The notes under the pieces were generated by a model. It was not told where the DNA came from. It did no database searches and saw nothing but the letters and a program-made list of their open reading frames with translations. 64,000 nucleotides of DNA from a virus (Duplodnaviria; Caudoviricetes), in IMG/VR virus record IMGVR_UViG_3300021387_000175, positions 32,001 to 96,000 of that record; one strand, 5' to 3'. Numbering within the stretch: position 1 is the stretch's first letter; each line of letters opens with the position of its first letter. Shown in pieces: positions 44,569 to 54,380 of this stretch. A program made the position numbers and the translations under genes.

Positions 44569-45232
44569 TTAACGCACTCCAATCAATATCATCTAAGTTA
44601 CTTTTACGCTTTCTATTCTTATACCTTATCTTCTGAACATAAGAGGAAATATCATGTACTTCTCGTGTGTCCTTACCCTGAGAAAAAGACATAATTATGT
44701 ATTCCTCTGGAAGTTTTATTTGTTCGGGGGAATAAATTTTATGATCAGCCAGTAACTCTTCATAACTTAACCTTGTGCGTCCCTTGTTATAGTAGTACTT
44801 GTTATAACATTCCTTACACAGAGGAGCATACCAACCAAATATACTTATATTAGGAGAATCCAGTTTTCCACAATCACAACATACAAACTCTGAGATATGA
44901 GAGTAAGCATCAATTACATTCTCAACATCATGATCATAAATATTACTATATAACCTTAAGCTTCCGAATTTCTCTTTTAATTCAACAATATGAAGCTTGT
45001 TAACCAGATTCTTTTTTCTCAATACATCATCCAGATCCTTAAGAAACAAATCACCGAATGCTTTTCTCCAACCGTTTGACAATGCGTCCCATTCTGTCCA
45101 TTCATATTTTTCATCCCACCAGATTTTTCCATCCCATGATCTGGGTATGAGCCAGGGATACATCTTACACAGCTTTTTATTTCTTATGCGTCTACGCTTC
45201 ATCTCTGTAAATAATTTCTTATCAAACCCCAT
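44549..45232 (-). CDS. Conserved phage protein with KEKFG.LRLY motif and Zn ribbon
   Basis: LKEKFGSLRLY, CCDCG...LCKEC. Confidence 0.75.
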   Translation of the reverse strand: MGFDKKLFTEMKRRRIRNKKLCKMYPWLIPRSWDGKIWWDEKYEWTEWDALSNGWRKAFGDLFLKDLDDVLRKKNLVNKLHIVELKEKFGSLRLYSNIYDHDVENVIDAYSHISEFVCCDCGKLDSPNISIFGWYAPLCKECYNKYYYNKGRTRLSYEELLADHKIYSPEQIKLPEEYIIMSFSQGKDTREVHDISSYVQKIRYKNRKRKSNLDDIDWSALNEQKDS

Positions 45233-45234
45233 AA

Positions 45235-45984
45235 CTACCCCCGATCAATCGTATGCCATTTTTTATTCTTCCAGTACTTCCACTCAATGCGACCGCCAAA
45301 TAACCGAACCTCAAGATCTACTATATTGTCCATACCAAGTAACATATCCCGCACATAATCATAATCAATATCACTAATGCCATATATTGACTTCCACCTT
45401 TTCAGAGTTTTCTCAATTAACTCAATAGACCACTTTTCATCTGTTAACTCTGCCTGACGTTTCAATTCTGCCAAGTAATCCTCTTTGGCTTTTCTAGCAT
45501 CCTCACAGGTAGTATATATTTCCCGCCATGAAAGAGTAGTATAACAATGATACGAAGGATCTGATTTTTTGACTAATCTATACCCTTCTTTTGTAATTTC
45601 TGATTCTACGGTATAATACTTGGTATTATTCCTTGCTAATACCAATTTACCTAATTCCAATCCCTCTTTAACAGCATCAGGATCTTCAACAGTATGTGTG
45701 CGTAGCCAGTCATCACCAGTGTCATGCCAATGCATATTCACCAGATCTGTATTGTATGTCCACCCTTTGGGCAGCTTCCTGTATTTCTCATCAGACTCAA
45801 AATCTTTAATGAGAATATTATTCTCTGTCACAGTCCTTGTATCAGGAAGTTCTACATAATCCACATATACAACATCATGAAAAGGCTCATCTACCACACC
45901 ATAATCCACATATGGTAAATGGTTCTTATTCCATTTTAAGAAATAAACTACATCACCTGTTTTAAGATTTAATGTACGTTCCAT
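45235..45984 (-). CDS. Hypothetical protein
   Basis: 249 aa ORF in operon. Confidence 0.75.
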   Translation of the reverse strand: MERTLNLKTGDVVYFLKWNKNHLPYVDYGVVDEPFHDVVYVDYVELPDTRTVTENNILIKDFESDEKYRKLPKGWTYNTDLVNMHWHDTGDDWLRTHTVEDPDAVKEGLELGKLVLARNNTKYYTVESEITKEGYRLVKKSDPSYHCYTTLSWREIYTTCEDARKAKEDYLAELKRQAELTDEKWSIELIEKTLKRWKSIYGISDIDYDYVRDMLLGMDNIVDLEVRLFGGRIEWKYWKNKKWHTIDRG

Positions 45985-45986
45985 AT

Positions 45987-46214
45987 TTATTCCTCTTCGA
46001 AATATTTCTCACAATCACCTTCACTACAGCCTACACAGTTAATATCCAGATTATCATCCCAATCAAATTGGGCTACTTCATATTTAATAGGTACAGGACA
46101 ATATAAGTCGCTACGTTCAATGGCAGTAGTAAACCATTCTTCTGGATTTTCATAACAATCATTAGGATCAACCAAGTAACAACTCATTTTATATATCTTC
46201 GCCATAATTATCAC
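45987..46214 (-). CDS. Hypothetical protein
   Basis: 75 aa ORF, coupled to its neighbours. Confidence 0.65.
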   Translation of the reverse strand: MIIMAKIYKMSCYLVDPNDCYENPEEWFTTAIERSDLYCPVPIKYEVAQFDWDDNLDINCVGCSEGDCEKYFEEE

Positions 46215-46651
46215 CTCACAGGCTGCAATCTGGTAAATAACTCACCCATTGTCATTCCGTTATACTTCGCTAAATCCTTTGCTACTGCACATACATTCTT
46301 CTCTGTGCTTACACCAATCTCATTACATAAATAGGAGAGCAGATCAGGGTATTCTGGAACCTCATTTGGGTCAAGAGAGCGTTTCCAACCAACAATCTCT
46401 TCCTTATTAATAATAACATTCTCATAAGGGGGAGATAGTACCGATCCCTCACAATACCGCCACCATGGAGATTCTTCATCACCGTTGGGGAACAGGGCAT
46501 AAAATTCCTCATCACTCATTTTACTCATATAAGTAAGAATAAAATCCTCAACTTCCCATACTTCATAGTTAGGAGAGAAGTAAGTACATTTAGGTGACAT
46601 TAAACGCTTAAAGTAAGGCTTTAGTCCATGCCCCAGTATCTCAAATACCAT
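46211..46651 (-). CDS. Hypothetical protein
   Basis: 146 aa ORF. Confidence 0.7.
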   Translation of the reverse strand: MVFEILGHGLKPYFKRLMSPKCTYFSPNYEVWEVEDFILTYMSKMSDEEFYALFPNGDEESPWWRYCEGSVLSPPYENVIINKEEIVGWKRSLDPNEVPEYPDLLSYLCNEIGVSTEKNVCAVAKDLAKYNGMTMGELFTRLQPVR

Positions 46652-46791
46652 TCTCGCTCCTTCTCCTTCCTCTCGTTCTCAGCTTCTTTTACATTTTTTC
46701 CAAGACCAACAACACCAGGTATATGACTTCTGCTGATCCAAGTGGGCTTAACAGTAGAGTTACAGCGGTAGGTAATGTAATTATTCTTCAT
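46621..46791 (-). CDS. 56-aa protein, weakly HicB-like
   Basis: ATG 46791 after SD GAGG; IPGVVGLGKNVKEAE resembles the HicB N-terminal motif. Confidence 0.45.
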   Translation of the reverse strand: MKNNYITYRCNSTVKPTWISRSHIPGVVGLGKNVKEAENERKEKEREWYLRYWGMD

Positions 46792-47350
46792 TGTGCTTCT
46801 CCTCATAATATTCAGCGAATAATTTATTGTATTGTTCATCATATCTCTTATATATCCAAAAATACGCTTCATAAGTTTTGTAGCCCGCTGCGACCATTTC
46901 CTCATATAATTTATTACGGTAATACTCAGCCATCCATGTGTGTAAACCCTCAATAGTGGCTTTTTCACCATTTGCTTTAATTCTTGAACCCATTTCTTTT
47001 ATGACCGTATCTGCGAACGAAGAGCAGGTGTAATATTTGGTATAATCAAATTCCTGTTTTTTACGCTTACATAACCGCCACTGTCTTTTTAAACACTCTA
47101 AGTAAAGAGTTAAAGTTTCCCGCTCTTCCATATCAACCCATGACTCTTTGGTGAGCCGTATTATTCCACCATCCTCATCTGAGGCTTGAACAGCAATTAA
47201 ATAAGGGTAATAGGGGATGAGATCTTTCGGGGTCTCAAACTTCATAGGAATAATCTCATCACCCATATATATTTTGGAGCGAAGAACATGCTCCACTCCC
47301 CAACTGTCAATCGTATCCTTAAAGTCATATTTTCCTGAGAATTTACTCAT
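46781..47350 (-). CDS. Conserved phage hypothetical protein
   Basis: 189 aa, starts MSKFSGKYDF, SD AAGGAG. Confidence 0.75.
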   Translation of the reverse strand: MSKFSGKYDFKDTIDSWGVEHVLRSKIYMGDEIIPMKFETPKDLIPYYPYLIAVQASDEDGGIIRLTKESWVDMEERETLTLYLECLKRQWRLCKRKKQEFDYTKYYTCSSFADTVIKEMGSRIKANGEKATIEGLHTWMAEYYRNKLYEEMVAAGYKTYEAYFWIYKRYDEQYNKLFAEYYEEKHNEE

Positions 47351-47359
47351 ATATGCTCC

Positions 47360-47893
47360 TTAACTATTAAACATATAATCTAAGTACTTCATAAAATCCT
47401 GTGCTGTTTTTTTCTCTTCAGGGGTAAGCTGCGCATAGGCTTCTATAAGTTCATTAGCTTCAAATGTTGCTTCTTCCGTCTCTTCTGGTTTTTTATTTGA
47501 AGCAGTCTTCATATTCTCATCTTTCTTTGATTTGTTAATAATGACTTTCACTTCCCGAAGTTCCTCATCATCATTTAAGAAGCAATCATCTTCCTCATCC
47601 TCTAAGAGATTAGGTTCGCCATAACACTCACCATAATCAGGACAGTCTTTGCATCCTTCTTCATCAAACCCTTCTTTAAATTTTTTGTAGCTTTCTTTCA
47701 ATTTTTTGTAGTTTTCAACTACATCCTCACTACCACATAATGCATTGACTTCATCCACTTCATTCAGAAAGTTCTCTGCCGTCTGAATCTGTCTTACTTC
47801 CAGATCAATATCATCTTCAAACTCTTCTTTTAAAAAAGTGGTGTAAAACTCCGCATCATCCCAGTTCAGATTCTTAATAACTACCTCGTACAT
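47360..47893 (-). CDS. Acidic hypothetical protein
   Basis: 177 aa, CKDC...C cluster, SD GGAGG. Confidence 0.7.
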   Translation of the reverse strand: MYEVVIKNLNWDDAEFYTTFLKEEFEDDIDLEVRQIQTAENFLNEVDEVNALCGSEDVVENYKKLKESYKKFKEGFDEEGCKDCPDYGECYGEPNLLEDEEDDCFLNDDEELREVKVIINKSKKDENMKTASNKKPEETEEATFEANELIEAYAQLTPEEKKTAQDFMKYLDYMFNS

Positions 47894-47918
47894 AAAATAC
47901 CCTCCGTGTTTAATTTGT

Positions 47919-48266
47919 TTATTTGTGTTTATTAATTATATTCCCCACCATCTCAAACTTAATAGTAGGCGAGGAATAAAATTTCTGTATAGTTGTACCA
48001 GAACAATCAACCGCATCCGTTGTATTGTATTCTACCTCAATATTCTGTGGCTTTCCAAAGAATGGAACTATAAATATTGTTCCATCATTAGATTTAAACT
48101 TAAGTTCCATCTCTGTTGGTTCTACATTAAATATACCACCATGATCAAAAAGAGCATTGAACTCTAACTCATTCGCATACCGTACCTTCGTATTACAGTA
48201 AGGACAGTAACCGTCCTCCTGTAACGGCGCTCCACAGTTAGGACAGTTCGTAATTAATTTTTTCAT
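47919..48266 (-). CDS. Zn-ribbon protein
   Basis: CPNCGAPL...CPYC. Confidence 0.75.
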   Translation of the reverse strand: MKKLITNCPNCGAPLQEDGYCPYCNTKVRYANELEFNALFDHGGIFNVEPTEMELKFKSNDGTIFIVPFFGKPQNIEVEYNTTDAVDCSGTTIQKFYSSPTIKFEMVGNIINKHK

Positions 48267-48354
48267 GTTATACCCAGTTATACCCTCCTTTCTGAGTATA
48301 ATAGTTAGTGGGTTTTAACATACCCCCCCCTACCCTTATTAAATAGTTATTATA

Positions 48355-48383
48355 AGCTTAACATAACTTATATCATTTGTCAA
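48355..48383 (-). promoter_or_regulatory. sigmaA-type promoter heading the operon that leads to the RNAP gene
   Basis: Minus strand TTGACA-17 nt-TAAGCT with extended TG. Confidence 0.65.
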
Positions 48384-48394
48384 TAGTTGTTAAT

Positions 48395-49384
48395 TTATCT
48401 AATTATAATAGGTATTAACTTATTTATTATCTTATTTTGATTAATTAACCAGTTTCCATGCTTCGGATTCTTTGTAAATTGACGATCTGCCTGTAGTTGT
48501 AAAAAATCATATATCATTTGATTGATATTGTATTGTGAAGCAAGCTTCTCAGATTCTTCCGTAAGTATAGACATAGGTGCGTATATTTTATAGCAGGTAT
48601 AAATATAAACCCAAGAAGGATGTCTTTTATGCATAATATGTTCCAGAGTATCATAGAAATCATCAATTTTATAAGAATAAATAAATAATTCATTCGTAGA
48701 ATTCAGGTTTAGCTGTTTTAAGGCTTCATGCTTCATTTCAATAATATCCAGTTTTTGTTCTTTATTGGCATCCATAGTAATAGTAGTACCATCATTCTGT
48801 CTTATTTCTATTCTTTCCACTTCTTCATAGTCTAAAATACAATGAGTCTTAAGGGATCGAAGAGCAGAGACAATAATATCCTTATAATAACCATAGCTCC
48901 TGCTATACAGATCATCTATATCCATTGAAAATACATTTAACTTTTCTGCCAGTTCCTTTTTCTTCTTTTTGTACTTCAAATAATTCTTATTATAAAACCC
49001 CAGTAAAGAGAATAGTTGATTACGTGTAATATAGTTTAATTCCTGCCCTGTTGAAAAGAAGTAAATCAATAATACATTGGCAATGTCTTTTATATATTTT
49101 GATTTTTGAGAAAAAGAAAAATTCGGATGAAACTGATCATAAATAGAAATAACTCTATATTTTCTCCCTACCTTTTCTAATTCGACATATTGTTGAATAA
49201 CGTCCAACTGACGATCTTTCTGATTGCCCTTTGCATAATAAGGTATACACAGTGCTATCGTTAACTCTTTGTAAGTATATAAATTATCAATTGTAAGATT
49301 ATGATGAATATTATGGATAAAGTTCTTTAACTTCATATTTATCAACTTATTGTCAATATCAGGAATAATTGCTACTTCATTCAT
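48395..49384 (-). CDS. Hypothetical protein, possibly DNA-binding
   Basis: Likely ATG 49384 (SD AAAGGAG); 'YKEL...GNQKDRQL...Y.ELEK.GRKY' pattern; low GC; next to an AT-rich noncoding region. Confidence 0.65.
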   Translation of the reverse strand: MNEVAIIPDIDNKLINMKLKNFIHNIHHNLTIDNLYTYKELTIALCIPYYAKGNQKDRQLDVIQQYVELEKVGRKYRVISIYDQFHPNFSFSQKSKYIKDIANVLLIYFFSTGQELNYITRNQLFSLLGFYNKNYLKYKKKKKELAEKLNVFSMDIDDLYSRSYGYYKDIIVSALRSLKTHCILDYEEVERIEIRQNDGTTITMDANKEQKLDIIEMKHEALKQLNLNSTNELFIYSYKIDDFYDTLEHIMHKRHPSWVYIYTCYKIYAPMSILTEESEKLASQYNINQMIYDFLQLQADRQFTKNPKHGNWLINQNKIINKLIPIIIR

Positions 49385-50407
49385 TAAAACACTCCTTTTT
49401 ACCAATATTTGATAATATCCATTAGATTATGGACCATGATATGTGATATAAATCATTAGCTGCGAGTTAATTATAAAATATTTATAAACTAAATATAATA
49501 TAAAAATAAAAAATGTAAATCAAATATAAATATTATAAACATAAAATAATGTCAGACAACTTAGAAAACCCTTAGTTTATAAGGGAAAAAGTACAAATTA
49601 CACCTATATTACCTACTTAGGGATTATATAGTGGGTCATATAGGTGTAATTCACAAAATGAACACAATATCTTTGAAAAGTGCTTGTTTGTAAGGGTTGG
49701 ATGTTTTTTGACATGGAATGAATAAGGAATGAGTAAGGGTGATCTGTTTCTGGTGTATAATTTATTTTATTAAGAATAGCATATGGATAGAAAATTGTCA
49801 AGAGGGTGGAGGGGATTGGTGGGATGGAGATTGGGATGTGAGGATATGGATAAAGTAATGTGGAAATGTGGAGAGGGAAAATGGGGAAATAATACGAAAA
49901 GGTGAACGATGAAGAAAATGGGGGAATTAAAAGATGAGAAATAGCAGAAATATGAGAAAAAATATGGGGATGGGATTTGAAGTCAGTGTGGAAGGAGACC
50001 TGCAGGCCGGGGACCTGGCCGCGACTAACTCAAATTAGTCTAAACTACCCCCGAATTGCGGTATTTGCTGCGGGGGTGTGATATTATAGTAGTGCGGGGG
50101 GGGGTATGCCTCCCCCGGGCGGGGCGGTTGCCCCGCCGGGATAACCCCACTAACTCGAGTGTTTATCGGCTACTGCCTCGGTTGAGGCAAGTACCGAGGC
50201 AGGTTTACAACCCGCACGGTTGTGCGAGGCGAGACGGCACAAGGGCGTCAAGCCCATAGGCGAGAGGTCACGGTTGTGACCCGCCGTAATATCGAACTTT
50301 CCCCCTATTTCGTGGCCTGTTATGACGTGGCAACCGGGCGGTTGCCTAGTCTATCAGTCCATGAAAAATCAACCGCCCGGCGAGAGGCCGGGAGAAAGAA
50401 GGTAATT

Positions 50408-51340
50408 ATGACTAACAACAACACCCCCGCAACCGCAACCCCTGAAACCCCTGAAATCATCCTGCGTAACTACCTGTCCGACGTCGACGGTCTGGGAAAC
50501 ATTCTGGGCAGTGGCGTCGCCAAAAAGGCCGCCTATCTCGAAATCAGTAAATGGCAGGCAGTGACCGGGATTACCGGGGCGGAACTTAAGAATGCGGCGA
50601 TTGCATACCGCATTATAGCAAAGTCGGCCGAGGTACACAAAAAGGCCGCTTCCGCCCGTGCAAAGGCCGAGGCCCTCTACGCCGAAGATGACGCCCGTTT
50701 CAGCAAGTATGAATCTTATAAGGACGCCGAAGCACCTGATAAAACCATCGAGGCCGCCCGATTAGAATGGGAGGCAGTCAAAGCCGAGGCAGAAAAGGCC
50801 GAGGACATTGCAAACAAATATGACGCCCTCACCGAAATGGTAGACAAATACCTCCCGGGCGTTAAAATGTCTGACTGGCATAAAAATGCTGTCGCCCGGG
50901 GGCTGACTGTACAGGGTACACGCCTCCTCAATCTTTTCCGGGAGTGTGTCCTCGGTGAAGTCAACGCCGCCGACGCCGACGGCGATATATTGGGCATGGC
51001 GTGGAAGTCCTGTCGTGATTTCGAACGTAATGAAACGCCACTGAACCGGGCCGCCCGTCGGAAGGCATTGTGTGACCTGTTAGCATGGTATGGGGGGCAC
51101 AAAATCGCTAAACTGAACGGTGAAGAGGCTGATTTCCTTGCCCGGCGGCTGTCCCCCTCGGTATCTTTCAAGTGTGTCAATACGGCACACGGGAAAACGG
51201 AAAAACCTGTCTATCACTTCGCAATGATAGACAGCGAACGGGCATTTGCCCGGTTGCTCTATACCGCTGTCATCATGAAACTTGACGGCATCAAGTTTAC
51301 CCCTGCCAACGTGGCGGCACTTCCTCGGAAGAAAAAATAA
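50408..51340 (+). CDS. GC-rich, Ala-rich hypothetical protein (310 aa), first gene of the plus-strand block
   Basis: Likely ATG 50408 after GAAGGT; followed by a terminator. Confidence 0.75.
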   Translation: MTNNNTPATATPETPEIILRNYLSDVDGLGNILGSGVAKKAAYLEISKWQAVTGITGAELKNAAIAYRIIAKSAEVHKKAASARAKAEALYAEDDARFSKYESYKDAEAPDKTIEAARLEWEAVKAEAEKAEDIANKYDALTEMVDKYLPGVKMSDWHKNAVARGLTVQGTRLLNLFRECVLGEVNAADADGDILGMAWKSCRDFERNETPLNRAARRKALCDLLAWYGGHKIAKLNGEEADFLARRLSPSVSFKCVNTAHGKTEKPVYHFAMIDSERAFARLLYTAVIMKLDGIKFTPANVAALPRKKK

Positions 51341-51356
51341 GCTGTCACAACCGCCG

Positions 51357-51383
51357 CCCGGGAAATTTCCCGGGCGCTTTTTT
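51357..51383 (+). terminator. Rho-independent terminator
   Basis: gcccgggaa-at-ttcccgggc followed by gcTTTTTT. Confidence 0.8.
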
Positions 51384-51636
51384 GAGCCGGGAGGTTAGTG
51401 GTGTCTAACCTCCCGGCTGGTCTCTGTAGCCTGTCACATATTTATGTCACTTTTTTATGCCGGATCGGCAGCCGAATATCATAAAAGAGTGACATAATAT
51501 TATGACATTTACTCGGTTCTGTTTAGAACCATTGTCACGCATGAAGGCCGGACTTTTACCGTCTTTTTTTTGTGTCTAAAAGTCTGCCCTTTCATGATGT
51601 TAACCGCAATCAAAAATTGCGGGGGAAGGATAAAAT

Positions 51637-52134
51637 ATGGCAAGTATTAATTTCCCGGCGGCATCTTTCAAAAAATTGCCGTATGGGTTTACGGCGTATG
51701 TATGCCGTGATTCGTATACATGGGGGAATCTCCGCATGGTGAAGAATGCCCTTGTTATTTGGGTAGAGGGCAACCTTGTTTATTGTGAAGATTTTCCTGC
51801 AAATTATGCGGGGAAGTCTCCCATGCTTAAAGTCTGGTATTATGACTTTAAGTGGAACGTATGGGAGTGCGTGACAGAACGTTCACGCTACACCCAGGGC
51901 CTTTACATCATATGGTGTAACGGCGGCAGCAAAAAGACGGGGACAGAGTATAATTATGCGTCCCTTATGAAACACGACCGCAGGCACAAACGTGCGAACG
52001 GTCAACGTGAGTATGTTAACGCAATCACAGATTATGATTGTGTGGGCTGTCCCCAGATGAGGGCAAAGCATGTGGAAGGTTACACTGCATATATGCCGTA
52101 TGGGGATGGGGAATACAGGACTAAACATGCATAA
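51637..52134 (+). CDS. Hypothetical protein
   Basis: 165 aa ORF with SD. Confidence 0.7.
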   Translation: MASINFPAASFKKLPYGFTAYVCRDSYTWGNLRMVKNALVIWVEGNLVYCEDFPANYAGKSPMLKVWYYDFKWNVWECVTERSRYTQGLYIIWCNGGSKKTGTEYNYASLMKHDRRHKRANGQREYVNAITDYDCVGCPQMRAKHVEGYTAYMPYGDGEYRTKHA

Positions 52135-52150
52135 CAAGGAGGATAATACT

Positions 52151-52402
52151 ATGACCACAAAACCTATTGGAGCAACTATTGACCATCGTCCTATTTATCC
52201 CTTTTCGGGAGAAATCCCCTTTGATAAGTTTGTGGACGGCGTTGGATTCGTTCACGCCGTTGGTGAAGACTGGCGGGGACGTCCTGTTTTTGAGGATGAA
52301 GTAGACTTTTGGGGTGAGTTGGGAGGACTTGAACCTGACAACGAGATTGAAGCCATTTCATGTATTGATGAAAATGGTGACGAATACCTTGTAGAGATCT
52401 AA
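52151..52402 (+). CDS. Small acidic hypothetical protein (83 aa)
   Basis: ATG 52151 after AAGGAGG. Confidence 0.75.
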   Translation: MTTKPIGATIDHRPIYPFSGEIPFDKFVDGVGFVHAVGEDWRGRPVFEDEVDFWGELGGLEPDNEIEAISCIDENGDEYLVEI

Positions 52403-52528
52403 TCTCTAAACATACATTAAGGAGGTGATATATTCTGCCCATAATTTAATACTTTGCATTTAACGGTCTATATATATGCGCATGTATACATATAGACCGT
52501 TGAAAATATACCACAGGAGGGTTGAGTT

Positions 52529-52660
52529 ATGTCTAATACTAATTCTTCCACCCAGAAACCCGAAGTTGAGAAGCCCATCTTTTATCTTCAGATGGATGAC
52601 GGCAGCAGTCTGCCTGTTTATGAGATCTTAGAAGATGAAGACGAGAATGAGGATTTTTAA
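52529..52660 (+). CDS. 43-aa acidic peptide
   Basis: SD AGGAGG; MSNTNSSTQKPEVEKPIFYLQMDDGSSLPVYEILEDEDENEDF. Confidence 0.65.
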   Translation: MSNTNSSTQKPEVEKPIFYLQMDDGSSLPVYEILEDEDENEDF

Positions 52661-52768
52661 TCCTCATATTACCTAGACGGACTAGGTGATTTTCTCGCAA
52701 GGACACATCATTAACCACGCCAGGTGATATGGCATAAATTATGAGTGATCACTGTCCTTTCCACTATT

Positions 52769-52800
52769 TGCCGTGATACGGTTCGACTCCGTACACGGTA
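52769..52800 (+). ncRNA. tRNA-like minihelix (acceptor stem and T-arm only)
   Basis: TGCCGTG-A-TACGG-TTCGACT-CCGTA-CACGGTA. Confidence 0.65.
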
Positions 52801-52889
52801 TTTGGGTTGCCTGAAGAACGCAAGCAAGCCTTCGTTTTTTGTGGCGTAAAAGTCCCGTGAAAAGCAAAAGAAAAACAGGAGGGATAACT

Positions 52890-53147
52890 ATGCGTAAAAT
52901 TATTAACCTTCCATCCTCCAATGGAATTACTCTGGAATTGAGTATGCCCAAAGTAGGGGAAGGGACGCTTGTAAGAAAAGAAAATAATATTATCACCCAT
53001 TATATTATTGAGGGTGGAATAATTACAAAGTCCGCTATTGGGAGCAGAAAAGGAAATATGTATATCCCTTTTAAGGGATGTACTATTAGCATGCCCGTTA
53101 TTCAGTATATTTACGGATTAAAAGAACTTTATAAATTTGTGGGATAA
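52890..53147 (+). CDS. Hypothetical protein
   Basis: ATG 52890 after AGGAGG; terminator aagacc/ggtctt plus U-run follows. Confidence 0.65.
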   Translation: MRKIINLPSSNGITLELSMPKVGEGTLVRKENNIITHYIIEGGIITKSAIGSRKGNMYIPFKGCTISMPVIQYIYGLKELYKFVG

Positions 53148-53213
53148 GACCTATGGTCTTTTTTTGTTGCTCATTTTTTCGCAAAAGAAATTATTTTCAA
53201 GGAGGAACTTATT

Positions 53214-53960
53214 ATGTTTTTCGAACTCAACACTGACGCTATGACTCACAATGACCGTGCTTTCCTGTATTTTGCACCTGAAAAACGTGCTATGGAGGAA
53301 GTAGCAATTCCCTCTGCAGATTATGCGAAAATTAAGGAGGATGACAAAATGCCCATGATCACCAAAGAATTTACTAACATGGAAAATCTCTTTTCCATAG
53401 CAGCAGATTCCCACGCCTACAATAAGGCGAGAACTGCAAATCGCCGCAAAAGAAACGTTTTAAAACACGGCGAGGATCGTAAACACGGCAAAAAATGCCG
53501 TTATGACAGAAAAGCATGGAAGGATTGCAGATGGATCGATTCTGACCCGTCTGCTTACAAGTCCAGAAAAGCAAACGAATCTTTCACAGACGAACTCCAT
53601 GATGAATGGGATCTGAATAAATCCCAGGTGGAGAATCTCGTGAATGATGAGATCAAATTTCGCAATCTCATCGAAAAGAGCATAAAGGAGAACCGTGAAA
53701 AAGTGTCTGAAAAAGAAACGGATCTTCAGATGAAAAAAGCTGAATCAGCGATTCTCTGCAAACTGATTCAGGATGTTTATTCTGAGGCCAAATTTACTGA
53801 TGAAGATATGGATTATCTCAATCAGTGTAAAAACCGTTTAGGTGATTTGGCTACAGAAATGAAATCCATTCAGGAGTGGATTGCTTTCTATAATAAAAAC
53901 GTCTCTTTCCTTAAAAAGGCTCTGGAAAGAGTGGAGAAAGACCTTCCTCTGGGGTTCTAA
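53214..53960 (+). CDS. Hypothetical coiled-coil protein
   Basis: 248 aa, SD AAGGAGG. Confidence 0.75.
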   Translation: MFFELNTDAMTHNDRAFLYFAPEKRAMEEVAIPSADYAKIKEDDKMPMITKEFTNMENLFSIAADSHAYNKARTANRRKRNVLKHGEDRKHGKKCRYDRKAWKDCRWIDSDPSAYKSRKANESFTDELHDEWDLNKSQVENLVNDEIKFRNLIEKSIKENREKVSEKETDLQMKKAESAILCKLIQDVYSEAKFTDEDMDYLNQCKNRLGDLATEMKSIQEWIAFYNKNVSFLKKALERVEKDLPLGF

Positions 53961-53969
53961 ATCCCATTA

Positions 53970-54045
53970 GCCCATGTATTGGTAAGTTACACGTACTACA
54001 CATTATCCATATATATGTGTACTAGGTTCGATTCCTAGATGGGCA
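53970..54045 (+). ncRNA. tRNA-like element without a canonical anticodon arm
   Basis: GCCCAT/ATGGGC stem, TGTA-TTGGTAAGT-TACA D-like arm, CTAGG-TTCGATT-CCTAG T-arm, central stem with an 11-nt loop. Confidence 0.65.
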
Positions 54046-54146
54046 TTTCTGGTTTGTTAATTGGTTAATCGGTTAATCAAGGGAAACAACTTTCCGCATT
54101 CGGTTAATCAAGGCAAACGAATTTATAAATTACAAGGAGGATACAA

Positions 54147-54380
54147 ATGGATAAAAACACTTTTGAAAGAGATTGGAATATTAAAGTGGAAGATCTCCAC
54201 TTTAAACAGGCAATCTCTGACCAGTACGGTGTCGAAATTCCCGACACCGAGATTGCAGAAATAGGACCGTTTGAGGTCTGGAGGGAAAACGGATCTACTT
54301 ACAGAGTAAGTAAAAACCGTGTTGTATGCCGTTGGCGTACTAACCTTAGTGTTTATCAGGCAAAGGAGGTCTGGGCATAA
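54147..54380 (+). CDS. Hypothetical protein
   Basis: 77 aa, SD AAGGAGG. Confidence 0.75.
   Translation: MDKNTFERDWNIKVEDLHFKQAISDQYGVEIPDTEIAEIGPFEVWRENGSTYRVSKNRVVCRWRTNLSVYQAKEVWA

Noticed and set aside
52690-52800. tmRNA, Y-RNA (YrlA), twister or hammerhead ribozyme
   Set aside because: No tmRNA 5' end, tag ORF or CCA; arm order does not fit YrlA; no CUGANGA or twister core found.
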